A DNA stretch of 8,998 nt from Octopus sinensis (taxonomy: Eukaryota), in NCBI RefSeq assembly GCF_006345805.1, contig NW_021828213.1, positions 1 through 8,998 on the forward strand, in the 5' to 3' direction. Made by a program: the position numbers and the translations under genes. The notes below the pieces were generated by a model. It was not told where the DNA came from. It saw nothing but the letters and a program-made list of their open reading frames with translations, and did no database searches. The stretch's first letter is position 1. Each line of letters begins with the position of its first letter. Below are positions 6,866-8,998 of the stretch, one piece after another.

Positions 6866-6908
6866 AAACTGTCGACGAATGACAACGTGAAACTCTGAGT
6901 AACAGTTT
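6866..6908 (+). ncRNA. Type I minimal hammerhead ribozyme motif, core one nucleotide short
   Basis: Stem I AAACTGT 6866-6872 pairs with ACAGTTT 6902-6908. Core CGACGA 6873-6878 versus canonical CUGANGA. Stem II ATG-ACAA-CGT. GAAA 6889-6892. Palindromic stem III ACTC-T-GAGT. GUA cleavage triplet with the cut after 6901. Confidence 0.7.
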
Positions 6909-6926
6909 TGCTGCTTTTCAAGAAGG

Positions 6927-6929
<3 letters not shown>

Positions 6930-7006
<77 letters not shown>
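6930..7006. repeat. (CA)n-(TA)n microsatellite
   Basis: Read directly. Confidence 0.95.
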
Positions 7007-7009
<3 letters not shown>

Positions 7010-7243
7010 GAAACAAAAAACCAATACAGGGCAGATAGACGATACAAAGGCGGACAAGAGAAACAATAATTAGGACAGGCTAAAAAAGACGGGACATCTT
7101 GGCTTTCTTTCATCAGTCAAGTACCAGAAGTCACCACCATTTCGGGTATTTACAGTTGAGATGGTTCGATCTGGTAGTTCCCCAAAAGTCTAAGCTAAGA
7201 GCATTAAACCCCTTTGTAAAAAAGTTAACGAATGTGTACGGCA
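7007..7243. mobile_element. ~237-bp complex segment embedded in (TA)n; possible fragment of a second Penelope-type or other microsatellite-associated repeat
   Basis: Flanked on both sides by (TA)n. Resembles an octopus repeat from recall only; no diagnostic motif is confirmed. Confidence 0.35.
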
Positions 7244-7321
7244 ATATATATATATATAATATATATACACATACAAGCATACATACATATATAGATATAT
7301 ATACATACATATATTATATAT

Positions 7322-7352
<31 letters not shown>

Positions 7353-7466
7353 CATATACACACACACATGTATATATATGTATACATATATACACAAATA
7401 CATGCATACATACATACATACATACATACATACATACATACATACGTACTTACATACCTACATACA
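7244..7466. repeat. Complex (TA)/(CA)/(TACA) microsatellite
   Basis: Read directly. Confidence 0.95.
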
Positions 7467-7639
7467 ACGCCCAGAAGGCAATCCTATACATAGGCAATCA
7501 CTAACGGTGATGCTATGGTTTGTCATTTTTTCTTTCGTTTCCCATTACTTTTCCTACCTTACTATTTTACCTATTTACTAGTTTCTTTCCTCTCACTTTG
7601 CTGCCATTCGCAGAGATTGTCTTTAGTCGCTTCTTGGTT

Positions 7640-8880
7640 TCATCTTCTCAGTGCCTAATCATGCATTTCGGTTTTTCTGGCCATCTTCCTATCATTGCAT
7701 TCTTTAGATCCCTTTCAGCATCTTTTTCCTTTTACTCTTTTACTCTTTTACTTGTTTCAGTTATTTGACTGCGGCCATGCTGGAGCACCGCCTTTTAATC
7801 GAGCAACTTGACCCCGGGACTTATTCTTTTGTAAGTCCAGTACTTATTCTATCGGTCTCTTTTGCCGAACCGCTAAGTAACGGGGACGTAAACACACCAG
7901 CATCGGTTGTCAAGCAATGCTAGGGGGACAAACACAGACATGCAAACATACACGCACACACACATATGTATATACATATATACGACGGGCTTCTTTCAGT
8001 TTCCGTCAACCAAATCCACTCACAAGGCATTGGTCGACCCGGGGCTATAGCAGAAGACACTTGCCCAAGATGCCACGCAGTGGGACTGAACCCGGAACCG
8101 TGTGGTTGGTTAGCAAGCTACTTACGACACAGCCACTCCTGCGCCTATAACTTGTTTTTAAAATTCTTCAGCTCTACTTTATTTATCCTATGCAAAACTA
8201 CCCTTTCCATCAACTTCTGGATGATCTTTTGGCATCGACAAAAACAGAAAAGAAATTTCATTTCAAACCTCTTTCGCAGTTATTTCTCTATAATTTTTTC
8301 TTTATTCCACAATAGAGATTTTTATATCTTCTTTAGTCCTGTTGACGGTATTTAATAGTAATTTTCTAATTACATATAATTCATATGTCTCTGTTCATGT
8401 GTTAAATATAAACTTTCTCTATCAGCTCTTGGGAATATTTATAAATCTGTTTGCTGCAATCCTTTCATTTGTGTACTTGTATCTGTGATCATTTTTATAG
8501 TCCTACTGTAGGTATTTTGTAGTTATTTTTTAATTACAGATGATTCCTGTTTCCCTGAATTTCAGTTAAATATGATCTTTCTCCGCCAGCTTTTGGAAGT
8601 CTATAATGATTCCGCGTTTGCTGTAACTCTATTATTTATGTATCTTTGTAACTCATTATATTAGTAGTATTTTATTTATTATTCCTTCTATTCAACTTTG
8701 TCAATATCAATTCCATTATTTCATCCGTCTACTGTCTGTAACCGTGTTTTGATTGGTTTATCATCTGCAGCACAGAATATGAGGTCACCCATATACAAAA
8801 GATAGTTGATTGTCCTCTGAGACCATTTATACCTGAATCAGGCACGTTATTTAAGGTGGTAACGCTAGACAGAGAAGAAA
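7640..8880 (-). pseudogene. Decayed non-LTR retrotransposon RT/post-RT region, R4/Dong-like, interrupted by the SINE at 7728-8145
   Basis: Minus-strand pieces in the expected order: FLLCLALPP (from 8880), RYKWSQRTINYLLYMGDLIFCAADDKPIKTRLQTVDG (YMGD at 8795-8784, the decayed YMDD box), LPKAGGERS (8599-8573), YKIPTVGL (8521-8498), AMIGRWPEKP (7698-7669). Compare the R4-clade pattern LLFCLAL..INHLLYMDDLKLYA..LYLPR..GGRGL..W..KPLHG. Many stops and frameshifts. Confidence 0.75.
7728..8145 (-). mobile_element. Full-length tRNA-derived SINE family B
   Basis: Minus-strand head GGCGCAGGAGTGGCTGTGTCGTAAG, A-box-like 8135-8125, B-box GGTTCAGTCCC 8092-8082, CORE-like CTTGGGCAAGTGTCTT, internal (TA)/(TG) tract, and a GTAAAAGA-repeat tail. 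Matches the copy at 1-292. Confidence 0.92.
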
Positions 8881-8886
8881 GAACAG

Positions 8887-8904
8887 CAACAACAACAACA
8901 ACAA
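8887..8904. repeat. (CAA)6 microsatellite
   Basis: Counted directly. Confidence 0.9.
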
Positions 8905-8998
8905 ATAGAGGAAGAGGCTCCTTGGAATATTCCGTTTCTAATAAAGATTATATTCGTTTCCATAATTTCCTACTTCGTTTATATCTGCAGAATTATTA

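Larger units (their letters stand above)
6728..6919 (-). mobile_element. Penelope-like element pseudo-LTR remnant with an inverted partial pLTR
   Basis: Minus strand 6860-6728 has a hammerhead 3' half, then ATTAAA (6805-6800), then a T-rich stretch ending in (TA)n. A second, plus-strand copy of the same segment (6861-6919) forms a perfect 26-bp inverted repeat (6828-6853 / 6884-6909). Minimal hammerheads and inverted pLTRs are established features of Penelope-like elements. Confidence 0.65.

Noticed and set aside
7110-7116. Minus-strand CTGATGA as an intact hammerhead core
   Set aside because: The next GAAA is only 2 nt downstream, leaving no room for stem II, and no further GAAA or stem III follows.
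6458-7581. Several 60-160 aa ORFs rich in YI/CV/HT/MYVC repeats (also 9-206 and 1162-1344)
   Set aside because: They are translations of (TA), (CA) and (TACA) microsatellites.
8082-8145. tRNA genes at SINE heads (also 3924-3973, 4457-4545, 4883-4975)
   Set aside because: A and B boxes are present but there is no complete cloverleaf, and each continues into a repeated SINE body.
7720-8160. Target-site duplication around the full-length family-B SINE
   Set aside because: The flanks (AAAAACAAGTTATA versus AAAAGGAAAAAGATG on the minus strand) share only A-richness; no convincing TSD.
8155-8260. Minus-strand QKLMERVVLHRIN as a second, separate RT domain
   Set aside because: The resemblance is short and lacks the preceding YRPISL motif; it is equally explained as decayed linker of the R4/Dong-like relic.

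Overview
Gene-free, repeat-saturated eukaryotic DNA. The SINE families and the dense (CA)/(TA)/(TACA)/(ATT) microsatellites resemble those I recall from Octopus genomes; this is an inference and no search was run. Left to right: (1) the 3' part of a tRNA-derived SINE (family B) abutting the eroded left TIR of an internally deleted Tc1/mariner transposon (289-1263), which itself carries an inverted ~85-bp piece of a different mariner; (2) a ~400-bp non-autonomous Helitron (1932-2329); (3) a minus-strand 184-bp-period tandem tetramer of a second tRNA-SINE (family A, Meta/MESC-like core; 3190-3973); (4) a plus-strand head-to-tail chain of nine family-A SINE copies of mixed age joined through (ATT)n tails (4013-6425), interrupted by an (AAT)n-flanked 430-bp element; (5) a Penelope-type pseudo-LTR remnant containing an inverted pair of minimal hammerhead-ribozyme motifs (6828-6909); (6) a full-length minus-strand family-B SINE inserted into a decayed R4/Dong-clade LINE reverse transcriptase relic with an old internal ~165-bp duplication. 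No intact protein-coding gene is supported; most ORF-track entries are microsatellite or repeat read-throughs.
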